Positions 1 through 14,388 of a stretch of DNA of 64,000 nt are shown piece after piece. Made by a program: the position numbers and the translations under genes. The notes beneath the pieces were generated by a model that made no database searches, was not told the origin of the DNA, and saw only the letters and a program-made list of their open reading frames with translations. The stretch is from positions 1,984,001 through 2,048,000 of the forward strand of contig CM074807.1 in assembly GCA_037447605.1 (NCBI GenBank), given 5' to 3'. The DNA comes from Zygnema circumcarinatum SAG 698-1b (lineage: Eukaryota > Plantae > Zygnematophyceae). How positions within the stretch are numbered: the first letter of the stretch is position 1; every line of letters begins with the position of its first letter.

Positions 1-2744
<2,744 letters not shown>

Positions 2745-3011
2745 CGCCACACGGCGCTGCTCATTGCCGCCCTCCCTTTGTTGCCTGCCCGCGATCACAG
2801 TTGCACGATGCCCTTGTGCTCACTTTTTGAATGCTATAGATGGGCCTCCCTCTTTAAGCTCAGGGCTGTCGGGCCTCTGCAACGCTTGTGCTGCTCGGTT
2901 GCTGCGTTGGCGGGTGCTTGCAGCCGTCCGATCAGGGATTTGAGTCCCAGATCGGACGGCGCTCCTTTTGCGGCTGCTCGAGACACGAGACGCAAAAATA
3001 TTTACATTTAT

Positions 3012-3108
3012 ATTAACATTTACATTTACAGTTTTCGGAGTCGATCAAGTTCTATGTGAATTAACATTTTACATTTACAGTTTTCGGAGTCGATCAAGTT
3101 CTATGTGA
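3012..3108. repeat. Near-perfect ~48-bp tandem duplication
   Basis: attaacatt(t)tacatttacagttttcggagtcgatcaagttctatgtga occurs at 3012 and again at 3060. Confidence 0.9.
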
Positions 3109-3417
3109 GGACGTCAATCGACTGAACGCCTCGCTTAACTTGGCATGCAACAGCGGGGCCCTTCAATATGAACCCTCGCCCTCGTTTTCCGGCGGGGGGT
3201 GGCGTCGCTACCGCCTTCCTAGAGCCGCTGAATGTCTGACCGATCAGATTAGGGTTGTTGAGCTCTCGTCTCAATTGCTACTACGTACGAAGAAGAGGGA
3301 GAATTAGCAGAAAGGGATTACAGAAGGAAGAGCAGGAAAAGGGGCAGAGGGAGAGAAGGGAGGAGGAAGAGGGGAAGGACGGAGAGTACCTAGAGAGTGG
3401 AGGAAACTACCGCAGCA

Positions 3418-4392
3418 ATGTCGAGCAGCAACAAGGAGAATAAGGCCACAATGGCGGCGGCCGACCGTATCAAGCAGGCGGCCATGAACGCCAGCAAAGG
3501 GCTCAGCCGCGCACAGGCGGAGCGCGCCGCAGCAGCTGCTGCTCGCAATGTTAACGCATACGGGCAGAAGGAGGAGGGACCTTCCAGGTGGCAGGAGCGC
3601 AAGGAGGCCAAGAGAATGATGTACTTGGAGTCCACGGAGCAGGCGGTGAAGCTCGGAGTAAGAACTCAGAAGGGATCGCAAGCGCATCCCGGAAATCAGA
3701 TGTGCCAGAAGTGTTATAAGACAGGCCACTGGACCTATGAATGCAAGAACGAAAGAGTGTATGTGTCACGGCCATCCAGGACGCAGCAGTTGAAAAACCC
3801 GAAGTTGAAGGCGAGATACATGGACGCGGCAGAGGTGCTGGATGGGCTCGATCCGAGAGCACAGCAGCGAGAAGCAATGCGAGAGGAAGAACTAGGGAGA
3901 GAGAGCGAGAAGGCGAAAGGGGAACGGAAGGAAAAGAAGAAGAGCAGAAAAAAGAAGGATTTTAGCGAAAGTGAATCTGCAAGTGATAGCGGAGATAGTA
4001 GTGAGAGTGAGAGCGGCAGCGGCGTGTCTTCAGAGTCCGATGGTTCGTCTGATTCTGATTCGTACTCCGAATCAGATTCAGAATCCGATTCAGAGTCCAC
4101 TGAAACTGAGAGACGCAGGAGGCGGCGACGCAGGCGCGCTAAGGAGAGTGAGAGCGAGAGCGAGAGCGAGAGTCTGAGCGAAAGTGACAGTGGGAGTGAC
4201 GAGAGCGACGACAGCGAAGATGACAGAAGGAAGCGGAAACGACAGGGAAGAACTCAACACAGTAATAGGAAAAAGTCGGAGGAGAAGAAACCCACCAAGC
4301 GAAGACAGCGAGATGCAGACAGTGGCAGAGAAACGGAGTCAGAAAATGAAGATAATGAACAACGAAATGGTGACAAAAAGCGCCGCAGGTAG
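3418..4392 (+). CDS. ZCCHC10-like zinc-knuckle protein with Ser/Asp/Glu- and Arg/Lys-rich tail, intronless
   Basis: GLSRAQAERAAAAAARNVNAYGQKEEGPSRWQE N-terminus typical of plant ZCCHC10-like proteins; CQKCYKTGHWTYEC knuckle followed by YVSRPSRTQQLKNPKL. Confidence 0.88.
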   Translation: MSSSNKENKATMAAADRIKQAAMNASKGLSRAQAERAAAAAARNVNAYGQKEEGPSRWQERKEAKRMMYLESTEQAVKLGVRTQKGSQAHPGNQMCQKCYKTGHWTYECKNERVYVSRPSRTQQLKNPKLKARYMDAAEVLDGLDPRAQQREAMREEELGRESEKAKGERKEKKKSRKKKDFSESESASDSGDSSESESGSGVSSESDGSSDSDSYSESDSESDSESTETERRRRRRRRRAKESESESESESLSESDSGSDESDDSEDDRRKRKRQGRTQHSNRKKSEEKKPTKRRQRDADSGRETESENEDNEQRNGDKKRRR

Positions 4393-5878
4393 TCAACCTG
4401 GTGCTGGCTTCTTATGTCCAATCACTTGCTTCTTGACGGATTTTATGCATGAAGAGAGGCATGCAGTTGATGTGGACCATTGAACAGTGTGGATGGACGT
4501 AAGGATGGGAAAGGTCAGTTGAAGTTTTATCTCCTTGTTCGCATTAGTAAAGAGGCGTGTGTACGGCCAATGTTAAATGTTGTGGAAACCAGAAATCGAC
4601 ATTCATATCCTTTATCAATGTGAAATGTTCGGGAGCTCTCTCGCAAGGATGCACAGCCGACTCAGGGGTCATTCAGTCATGCACAGCTGGTGAAGAGCAG
4701 GCTATTGTCACAATTGACGGCCAGGAAGCTGAGTTGTTTGCGATCCACTAAGTGTACATATGTAGATGTATAGGCAGTGTAACTGGCCCTTGTAATCCAT
4801 CCTCTACTTTTTGGGATAAGCAGGTTGGATACGTTTTCTTTCGACCAAGGCAATCTTGTTTGCACTTTTGTTTCTGCGTCGATGCTCAAAAGCCAGTTTG
4901 CGGAGCTTAACTTGATTGCAGTTTCTGCTATCTCTATTGGGTTACTTGTACCCTATTGCTAGAAAACACCACGCCAAACCTTGGTTCTTCATAGGTAGGT
5001 CTTCCGCAGGAACAAGACAGATGACATGGAACCTGAGCCATTTGAAGCCGCCTTTGGAGCCGAGCGAGCCAACCTCAGATTAGCAAAACAGCCACTGGAA
5101 AAATAAAGCTTCACTCCATTGCACGTGCTGAATGAAAATGAACTACAAGGGAGCTGATCAAAAGTCGAATTTTGTTTCATTTACACTGAGTTGGCTTCCT
5201 TATTCCATTTCAAATTCGAACAAACATAGTAAGCCGGGCGCTCAAATCTTTTTGAACAAGCTGACATTTTGATGTCAACATTCGAGTCATGAGCGCCCGA
5301 CAACGCCATGGATGTAACGGCCCTAGGGAATGGCCGTAAGCAAAAGGCCCAAGCTTACTAGAGAAAGCGGACGGCAGGTGTCCAAATCTCTTCATGAAAG
5401 GAGGAGACGCCATTGGGCGTCCTTGAAGAATGTCCTCGACTCCCAGGGAGCAGGCGTGGCCCAGGGCAACGAAACAGCTCTCTCTAGCTCCAACCCCGCT
5501 TGCTGCCTGGGAGTGGGCACCACTGAGCATTCTCCCCACTGCCACACTGCACTTAAGCCCACGGCATCCTCCTTCCCCTCGGCTGCCCAGGTTTGCTCTG
5601 CCTGCTTGAGCGCCATGGCTCCTCGCTCAGCACTCTTTCTACATGCAGCTATCCTACCTCTAGTACGGCCCGCAGAAATGACGCTCCCTCGGCAGCCTTG
5701 GAGGTGTTTGCGCCATGGTGCGGAGCCGGCAGTACGAACTTACTCGTTAGGGCTCGCAGGACTTCATCTTCTTGTTATGCTCAGGCATTATTTATAAGCT
5801 CTACAACAACCTTACAGCACATCACATCTGCGACAGCGATCCTATGCTAAGCAGCAGCTTGCACCTCACCCGCCCTCT

Positions 5879-8800
5879 CTAAATGTCTGCTAAAGGAGAC
5901 TGGCCTGACGATTCTCGCCAAAGCGGGGGAGCAGTCTTCGCAATGCTTGTCCGAGCAGCCATGAGAGAATGGTACCTGCAAGAGAGCAATTACAAAGGAA
6001 CGGTCAGAAATCATCAACTGCCATCGTCAAAAAACAAAAGCTGACGGCCACATTCGGACATCAGTAGGAAAATGAATGGACCGTCAAGACAGTAACCCTC
6101 GTTCCGATTAACTAACTAAAGCAAAGCGCTTGTCAATCGTTTTAGAAAATACTTCCCCCATTCCCAGTCTATGCCTTAACATTCCTGGTTCCAAGCAAGT
6201 TTCATTTTTTCCTGCAAGAGCATATCGGTGTTATTCTGTCACTATATGAATCTTCAAAAATACAGAGACATCAGATAAAAATGCTCATTAATGTGAACGG
6301 TCACCCACACACACTTTGCCCGCATTGAAGTTGGGACTGTTCAGGCTTCAACTGCTCAATGGCAGCCAACGCAGGGCCGGGTCAGGACTGAGTCCCTTAC
6401 GCAGCAAGAGATGGGAAGCCAAACTTTGTCAGGTCCAGACCGTAGTGTACGGAAGCTGCCAAGACTGGATAGAAGAAAATGTCTGCCATTGTCATGGTAT
6501 CCCCAACAAGAAAGCTTTTTTCCTGCAACCAAAGAGAGATTTGTAGAAACATGCTGGTTATGGACACTTGGAAAATTTCCACTGATGAACTGGAACGGAA
6601 GTTGGAATCTGCTTTTGCGTTTAAGAACAATGTACCAGCCTCCTGGGTCTGGTATGCTTATTTGAATCCACAGCCACTGCGATACGCACTAAGCTTCACA
6701 TAAGTTTTTTAAAATATCGCCTCCCTACCATTCGACTTATCTCCATTCCGCATTAAGCCAGTCTTCTCAATTTCTAGATTGAGGTGCTCGTCAAGATCCT
6801 ATCTATACATTCGCTCACACTGATGTTTCCCCAAGACTTTCTGCTCCAATTCACTTCCAACGGTTAATTGCTTGCCAGAGTCTTGTCCTTTTGTATTGGC
6901 CCTTACCTTTAGGTACCCCTCCCAAAGTTCCAACTCCTTTCGAAATGCCGCTTTTTTCATTGCCCGTGCTTCGTTGTCTGAAGGCCCGTGGGATTCATTC
7001 GCAAAATGATCCAGCACCTCAGCTGCAACCGAGCTCATTCGAGGCACAAGGTCAGGAAGTGAAATACCACGTAGCAGTCAATCTAGCAATTCCATATCAT
7101 GATGCAGGGGAGAAAGTGAGCAAGCTGATACATATTGCAGTTGACTATGCGTTACTGGAACGATACAGAACATGACGAACAAAACAATAGCCTGAACACT
7201 GATTGCAAGCACTAAATAACATGGCTCAGTTGGAGATAAGGTACTCACACATGAACAACAACTGCAAAACCAGATTGTTCGCACAAATAAATGGATAAAA
7301 AAAGCAAACAGAAAAGAAAGGCAATTCATCCAGCACAAATCGGTTTATGACGAGGAATAGTTCTGCCGCCTACAAACTACAATCAGGACCAAATGACACA
7401 CTCCATAAATCCATATTCCAACAAGCTTCGCAACTGAAGCAATTTTTGTACCAGCAATAGATATTATGTCTCCGGCAACAGCCTATGAAACGTGGTGGGA
7501 GGACGCTCACAATGCAGTGCCTCATAATGGGTGCTCTCATACATGCGCTGCAGTACACTCGTCCTAAGGTGAGCCTCCTCCGGAATAAGCAGTGGTCCTC
7601 TGCATCGCCAAGTACGCAGGTTTCTTAAGAAAAATTGCTTCAGTATCCAAAAACACTCAGACTACCCTTTGCTACAGAACTTATCGGCAAGTAAGGATAA
7701 AGGAGGCTGCAATATTGAAACTGCGTGAGAATTACTTGTACATAAATAAAAACACAAACACATTAGATATATACATAACATATGCACACAGAAACAAACG
7801 GTGGCTAAGTAAGCCCGTCTCACATTACACTTGCCTGCTAGAATACGCCCAATCCAAGTACTGACAGGCAGCTCCCGATTCACAGACTACCAGGTCTCCA
7901 TCTACAAAGGTTGGCACCTGTCACAATACAGAACGTCAAGTTAGTGCAACGGGGCGGCTAACAGATTCAGAGGAGATGTAGGACCGACAGACCTACATAT
8001 GTGAACACGTCAGATCTACCAACTGCGAACAGGTGTGCCTAATGACTCCAAGGCAAAACATTTCTAAAATTTCTCATGGACTATGCTCTAGTTGAACCAT
8101 CAAATGAACGAACATGAACAGAGCTCCCGGGAATGCCTGGCTTCGTGGATTGAGAGCCGCTAATTCTCCTTCATAATGCTCTCGTTTTGAAAAGCTGCAT
8201 ACCAATGCCCCCTCCCTCAGTGCCTGCAGTCAGACAAGATTTTCTGCATAGGAACAATTGAGCAACGTGCATCTGTCATTGCAGAGATAGAAACCGAACT
8301 TCCCACGGAAGCAGCTCGGTTTGTGTGGCACGTTTCATTGAACCTCCTCCGCAACTTTTTTGAACAGGCGAATAACAGTCGTGACAATAGCGATAACGTA
8401 ACCACATGCAGTTCCCTCGCTACCAAGAAAAGTCTCCTCATCCCACCACACACAAGAGGAAAACCCAGCACGGAAAAAAACTCGTGCATTTGCTAACTCC
8501 GAACGTGTAACCATCACAGTCAGAAATTTATTCTTTCATTGGCGAGAGACTACCCACAGCTGTTCAACAACATCGTTGTTAGAAACTGGTTAAGCGACGT
8601 ATGCTGCCTGACATAAGACACTAGGATACACAAGGCTCCAGCAAATAACATGATCCACTATACTTTTGCTCCCTGTGACATCAAGTTTGTGAGATTAGAA
8701 TCGTGGGTCATGTCTGCAGTGCGTTTTTGCGTCGGTCAAATTTGAAAACAGCTCTAAAACTAGACCCTTGGATTTAGAAATCTGAAGCACTCCCTGACGA

Positions 8801-10613
8801 TAATAACGCTAACATGTGCAAGGTTCCATAGACAGGCACGGTGGATGAAATACATAATGAGCAGCAAAACCACATTCAGGCAAAACCAGGGAGAAGAGAA
8901 TCCATACTCCAGTAGGATAGGCTCATAGTCAACGAATTTTTCTTCAAGAGTGATTTGAACTCGCCAACACTGATAAGAACCAGATGACAGAAATAATCTC
9001 CGGTGCCCTTTTTCCTGCATGCATGCAAAAAGCAAGGAAAGGCACCAAGACAAGGAAACACGTCTTAGGAAAGAGCACGTGCTCTCGACTTGCTACTTCT
9101 TCAAAGTAAAGGCGAACGTTAAGCACAGACTTTGAGCTTGCAACTTCAAAACTGTAACGTCAGTTAATCATATTTAAAGAAAAAAGACAACGAATCTAAA
9201 TTGATTCGTCATACCACCACTGGCAGCTTGCGTATATAACTTTAAGAGCAGTGGGGCTTCGTTTGGCTAATTAAGAATTCGGGTTGTTTTAAAACTTCTT
9301 ATTCCATTCTGATGCCTCAGAATTCTCCAACCGTAGCCTAACCCACACACAAAGCTGTTGGTCAGCAGACTTGTGAATCACAAAAATGTGGGAGGAACGG
9401 AACAGTGAGAGAATCATTTTCTACCTGCACATTTCTTGAGTGTTCTCCGTTTTCAAGAAGCAGTATATCCTTCGCCTCACCGGTCTGATCCCTTTCGGAG
9501 CCCATTTGTAACCCCATCATGGCAGAGGAATCCATAAGTTTTTCCACAATCAGAGCCGCATCGTCTGCTTGCACTGCAGAATCTAGAAGGCTGGCCTCCT
9601 GCACCTCCTCCTTTTTCTGGGCTGAAGAAGCATGCTCTGGTGTTTCCAATGGCATCAGCTCAAAAGCTTCCACTCCAGACTCCGGCCTTTCCGGCATCAG
9701 GCCACTGTCTACTTGTCCAGTAACTGCTGCCGGTTCTGCTGGTTGGGCAGCAGCCCTGCCCCGAGTTCGCCCTTCACGAATTGGCAAGTTGCGCCTCTCC
9801 ACTGTAGCTTTTCCTAAACTCTTCTTGCGTACCTCCTTTTTCTGTGGAGCAATGCGAGGACTTTCCTGATCAATCACCACGACAGCACGGCCCCCAATAA
9901 CTCCTTTCTTGTTACGACTTGCATGCTTTTCACAGAAACCGAGGCCATCCATACGACGATTTTTGCACCGCCAATCCTTTCCGTCTGATCGCTTGCAACG
10001 CACTTCATCAGGAATTCCTAGCAATGAAGCGGTTCTTTCTTGAACAGTTCCAGTGCTTTTTGGACGTCCGGCCGGCCGACCAGTTTTACCCTTGCTCCTC
10101 CTCCTGCCTCCCAGCGTGCTTTTCCTCTTGCGCTTCATTCCGGTTTTTGCGACCTCCCCGACCTCCTGCACGCCAAAATGCAGGGGAAACGTGTGCAAAT
10201 GCAGCAAGGTGATTGGCCGGATGATTATTATACAGCGCGCTCTCTCGCTTGCAGACAAGCCAATATAGTGCTGTAAGCATTAGCGGAATAGCTGCATCAG
10301 CATGAAGTGGACAAACGAAACGAGGGCATACAGATTTCGCAGGCTTGAAGGCAGCGCTTTCTGCCGGTGTTTTTTCAATCCATTTGTTCTCGCCTCCATT
10401 GGCTTGATCTGCAGTGACCGTAAGGGTGCTATGCCGCATGGGATTAGGTCTAATTTTGTTCATAGGACACGCTTGGAGGGCCTCGAAAGCGCTCGCTAAG
10501 GACGGCGCCTTCTTCTTAGTCGCAAGCGGGCCAGGCTTCCCTCCCGCCCTCCTCGCCGACCCGTCCTCGGCTCTCTCGCCCGCCACGTCCTGCTCCGCCT
10601 CGACCTCCGCCAT
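5879..10613 (-). CDS. WRC-domain / glutathione S-transferase (rho-like) fusion protein; exons 10613-10332, 10165-9425, 9014-8908, 8194-8137, 7917-7835, 7599-7511, 7022-6907, 6522-6401, 5975-5879
   Basis: Exon 2 encodes RCKRSDGKDWRCKNRRMDGLGFCEKH (WRC, C-x9-C-x10-C-x2-H). Exons 3-9 encode LSSGSYQCWRVQITLEEK, LNPRSQVPTFVDGDLVVCESGAACQYL, QRMYE, ELELWEGYL, FLVGDTMTMADIFFYP and PPLWRESSGQSPLADI*. All intron phases are compatible. The GST part is more certain than the fusion. Confidence 0.75.
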
Positions 10614-11255
10614 GGCCCCGCCCCGCCCCGCCCCGCCAAAGCGCGCGTCTGCGGGAGGGGCGCGGGCATGCTCCCGCGCTATTTTTTTTTTTCCGCCACG
10701 GACCGCACCGCATGGAACGCGCCACGTGGCGGGGCGCGCGGCCGTGGCCAGGGCGGGCGGGCGGGCGCACAGGCGATGGCGGCATGCAGGCGGCCCGCAC
10801 GAGCGGACGGACACGGACACATGGAAGGGGGGGCTGGAGCTAGGGCTGGACCGTTGGGCTCACTTCCAAGGAACTGCCGTACGAACGGTACGGATCGGAG
10901 CACGGATGGATGCAGTCCGGCTTCGCGTTTTTGCCGACGCATGTGCACATGCATGTACGCATGCATGGTTCGACCGACCGCAGGCAGGCCGGCAGGCAGG
11001 CAGAGGCAGGCAGGCTCCAAAGTCCAAACACGGGAAAGCCAAGCCCAAACAAATTCCGCCCGGGGCAAGCTCGAGCCTCGCCTGCACCATGTTGTGAAAT
11101 TCGGATCGCCGCGCACTGAGCCGTCCAATGCGCTCGCGCAGCACAACGCAGGATGCTGCCATGGCCACATCGCCGATTCCAGCTTTGCAGGCGCTTGCAG
11201 GCGAACTCTTCAAACCTGTACGGAACTAGAAATGTGCCTTTTGCAAATGTTGACG

Positions 11256-11395
11256 ATCCATCCCAAGAAGAAGATGTGGCATTGATATCACGATGGCGAT
11301 GTGTTCCTCGTGGTTCCCCGTGATGATTTTGGCCATGTACATTTAATGGCATCGCCATCGTGAGATGAATGCCAAAATCTTGTCTGAAGATGGAT
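11256..11395. mobile_element. Small foldback/MITE-like element with imperfect inverted arms
   Basis: gatgtggcattgatatcacgatggcgatg (11273-11301) pairs with catcgccatcgtgagatgaatgccaaaatc (11350-11379); outer atccatc/gatggat extends the stem; a second copy lies at 42712-42788. Confidence 0.55.
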
Positions 11396-11917
11396 TGATG
11401 GATGGCATGGACGTGTCGCGAGCAAGCAGTGGCCTCCTGCTGCCCGCCGCCCGGATGCGGTGGGACGGGAAGCACGGGGAGAGCAGCGATCGCTGCCATG
11501 TGCTTCCGCGCGTGCCTGGCGGACAGAGCCACTGGGACTTCACTTGGGAGGCGGGCGGGCGGCCGGTTCCGCGGGTCGCTGGCTGGCCGGGTCGAGGGAG
11601 GGCGAGGGCGCTCGGTCGGTGGCGCTGCGAGGGCCGTGGGCCATGGGTCATGGGCCATGGGCCATGGGCCGTGGGCCGCAAGTCATGACTAGAAAAAGCT
11701 GATGACTACGGACCATTACTCGAGTCGCCGGCGCGAAGTCTCGGCGACCTTTGGGCCTGACTGACTGACTGAGGCATGCAAGCGCCCCTCCCCGTACGCT
11801 CCCCCCGGACCCCCCCCCCACCATCCCCTCCGGGCCCCCCTGGGAGGTGGAGGTGGAGGTGGAGGTGGAGCAGGACTGCAGGAGGAGCAGAGCTGACTCT
11901 GGCTGCGGTCTGCTGGA

Positions 11918-11970
11918 GGGGAGGGGAAGGGAGGGGAAGGGAGGGGAAGGGAGGGGAAGGGAGGGGAAGG
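11918..11970. repeat. (GAGGGGAAGG)n purine-rich tandem repeat upstream of the Iojap start
   Basis: About five 10-bp units read directly. Confidence 0.85.
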
Positions 11971-12008
11971 GGGGCCACAAGCGGAGTCCCCGCCGCGGTC
12001 TTGCGAGG

Positions 12009-13659
12009 ATGCTCCGAGCGGCGCTCCGCTGCGCGCGCGCTGCGGTCCCTGCCTGCGGCGCGCTGCGCACTGCCTCCATTGAAGGCGCTCCGGCAGCCAG
12101 CGGACAGCTTCCGTGGCGGTTGTGCTCATCCCGTCATTTGGATGGTTCGGGAGGAGGGAGAGGTTTGGAGGGAGACGGAAATGAGGAGCGGAAGCTGGAT
12201 GCTCTCGAGGAAGCGGAGATTGTGGACGAGCTTTGCCAGGAATTGGTGCGCTCTCGGGATGGAAGAATGGGAGAAAGCCATGGCTATGCTGCTTTCAAAC
12301 CACCACTGAGGAACAGATGCACTGGCGTACAGTTTTGATGAAAACGTAATACTTCAAGTTACCATAAATTTCCTGCATTGGCTTATGGATTCGTCTCGTA
12401 TATCGTTCTACTTCTTTCAATTTTCGAATTCAACAGTGCAGCCCATGCTGAATTTGAATGAACCTTAATTTCAAGTGACCTCATCGCATCGACTTGTCGC
12501 AAGAAATCACTGGCTTATGTCTGACACAGTTGTTTTCACTCCACAGTCTCGAGATCGAGATGACGTTCTTATGCTAGAACTAGCTATGTTTTAACTGTTC
12601 GTATTAACAGTTTGAGAGAAAAGACTTTTCTATTTGTTTACACGCCATTTCGTCACTGTTGGGTTAATAGGAAATCGAAATGGCGGATGGTGATAAAACG
12701 AGTACCCACTCAAAGTTGCGAAGGCATCTGTTAACTATCGAGGACGTGCAGAGGGTCCTGGAGAAGCTCCGGGCGCAGGATGTGAAGCTCGTGCATGTGC
12801 AGGGACAGTGCCAATGGACTGATTGGATGGTTGTTGCTACAGCGCACTCGTCGAGGCATCTGCGTGGGGTTGCTGATGCTATTGTTTACGAGGTAAAGAA
12901 CTGGCCAAGGCGAAGTGGCTTTGGCATGCGAACCGCATGAATTGGTAGAGCAGAAACTTCAGACCTTTTCTGCTTTACGTTTCCTCTGGAAAAAACGTGT
13001 ACGGGAGGAAAGGTATCAGGGGAAGCATAGGATAGAGACGGTGATGTGGTGGAACAGAGCAGCAAAGTGAGCTGTAGACTTTGGTTCTTGCCGGATAGAA
13101 TTCCATGAAGAACTAGTATATAGGTCAGAAATTGGAAATGTTTATGGCCTGTCTTTTTTTAACTGAGACAATGAATTCCTTAGACACACAGCTCCTTACC
13201 TGGATAGGCAAATGTTTGCTGACTGGCACCGATTCACGCCCGTGAAGGTGGTGTGGGATTGCTTGTGGCTTGATGCGGGTTTGCAGGCGAAGCTGCAGAA
13301 CAGTCGAGAGGAAGTGAAGGAGTTTCCGACGGTGGAGGGGCGAGATTGCGAGCAATGGATGGTTGTGGACTGCGGTCAGTACTGCTTAGGGCGCACACCT
13401 CACAGCTGTCGTTCCCCCTCTCCTTAAGCTGAGCATGCTTGTTCATTGAAGGCAGCCACTAAGCTGTGGAGGTTTCTTTCTTGGTGTGCACATGTAACGG
13501 TTTTGAGGGCTTTCGGGATTTCTAGGCTGAAGAGTTTAACGAATGTCATAATGGTTCGCAGGTAACATTGTCATTCATGTCCTTAGTGAGGATGCGCGAA
13601 AAGAGTACAAGTTGGAGCACTTGTGGAGTTCGCTTCAAGCTTCAAATGCGTTGTCGTGA
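12009..13659 (+). CDS. Iojap/RsfS ribosomal silencing factor, probably mitochondrial; exons 12009-~12326, 12671-12892, 13287-13374, 13562-13659
   Basis: VLEKLRAQDVKLV, DWMVVATAHSSRHLRGVADAI, VEGRDCEQWMVVDCGNIVIHVLSEDARKEYKLEHLW match RsfS motifs; Arg/Ala-rich presequence MLRAALRCARAAV. The exon 1 donor is uncertain. Confidence 0.88.
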
Positions 13660-14388
13660 GCTCGTCGAGAAACAAGCGACATCTCAGAGTTGCAAACTTG
13701 CAGCCTTAGCTGGGCGCTTAGACGACGGAGACTCGTTGTGGAGCTCCTGTGCAGGACGCGATTGCCATTGCTCTTTGTCAAAAAATAAATTGGAGTTATT
13801 TGATGATGAATGCCACTGTTGTTGGCCCATGCACCCCGAGGACATCCCCTTCCGTGCCATCCTGTTAACTGTCTCGTTCCGCTGCGACGCCACCACCCTC
13901 GAGCCCGCATGAAAGGCGATACTGCCCGCGAATGTAGAGGCGCTGTCCAGCAGTGACTGCGTGTGTACCGTTGGGCATCCAAGCTGCATTTCTGCGACAT
14001 TTCGCACTCCCTTTCAGTCCATTCCAGTGTTTTTCCTCGCTTACCAGCTCTAGAAACTTGTCACAAATGTGCTTTCATCGCCTGCTTCCAAAGGTTGAGC
14101 GAGGAGTCGCGTGTTTGCCCGCACCGTGCGGCGAATCAGTGGGTCCCCCCCCCCCCAAGAGAGTGCTCTGTCCTCCGCTTCGAATCCATCCCCTCCCTCC
14201 CTCCCCGGCGAGGCCGGTCGTCCTGCAGCCTCGGCGACTCGTCCAGTGACGGCTCGCCACGTTGGACAATTGTGACACGTGACGGGTCCCCATTCGATGC
14301 GCTCCGGTTTTGGAGTGCGCTGGTGGCGAGCGGGAGAGCTGGAGGGCGCGACGGCTCGCCATGGCGGAGGCCCTCTGAGGAGTGCGCC

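Noticed and set aside
3418-4392. CXIP4 or retroelement Gag identity for the zinc knuckle
   Set aside because: The N-terminus fits ZCCHC10-like proteins; no pol domains or LTRs nearby.
5210-5850. ORFs of 74-155 aa between ZCCHC10-like and the GST end
   Set aside because: No recognisable motifs or consistent splice structure; probably 3' UTR or intergenic.
10086-12338. Many overlapping Arg/Gly/Ala/Pro-rich ORFs (also 23913-26760 and 34680-35885)
   Set aside because: Expected from stop-poor GC-rich promoter islands; no recognisable domains apart from the first exons already assigned.
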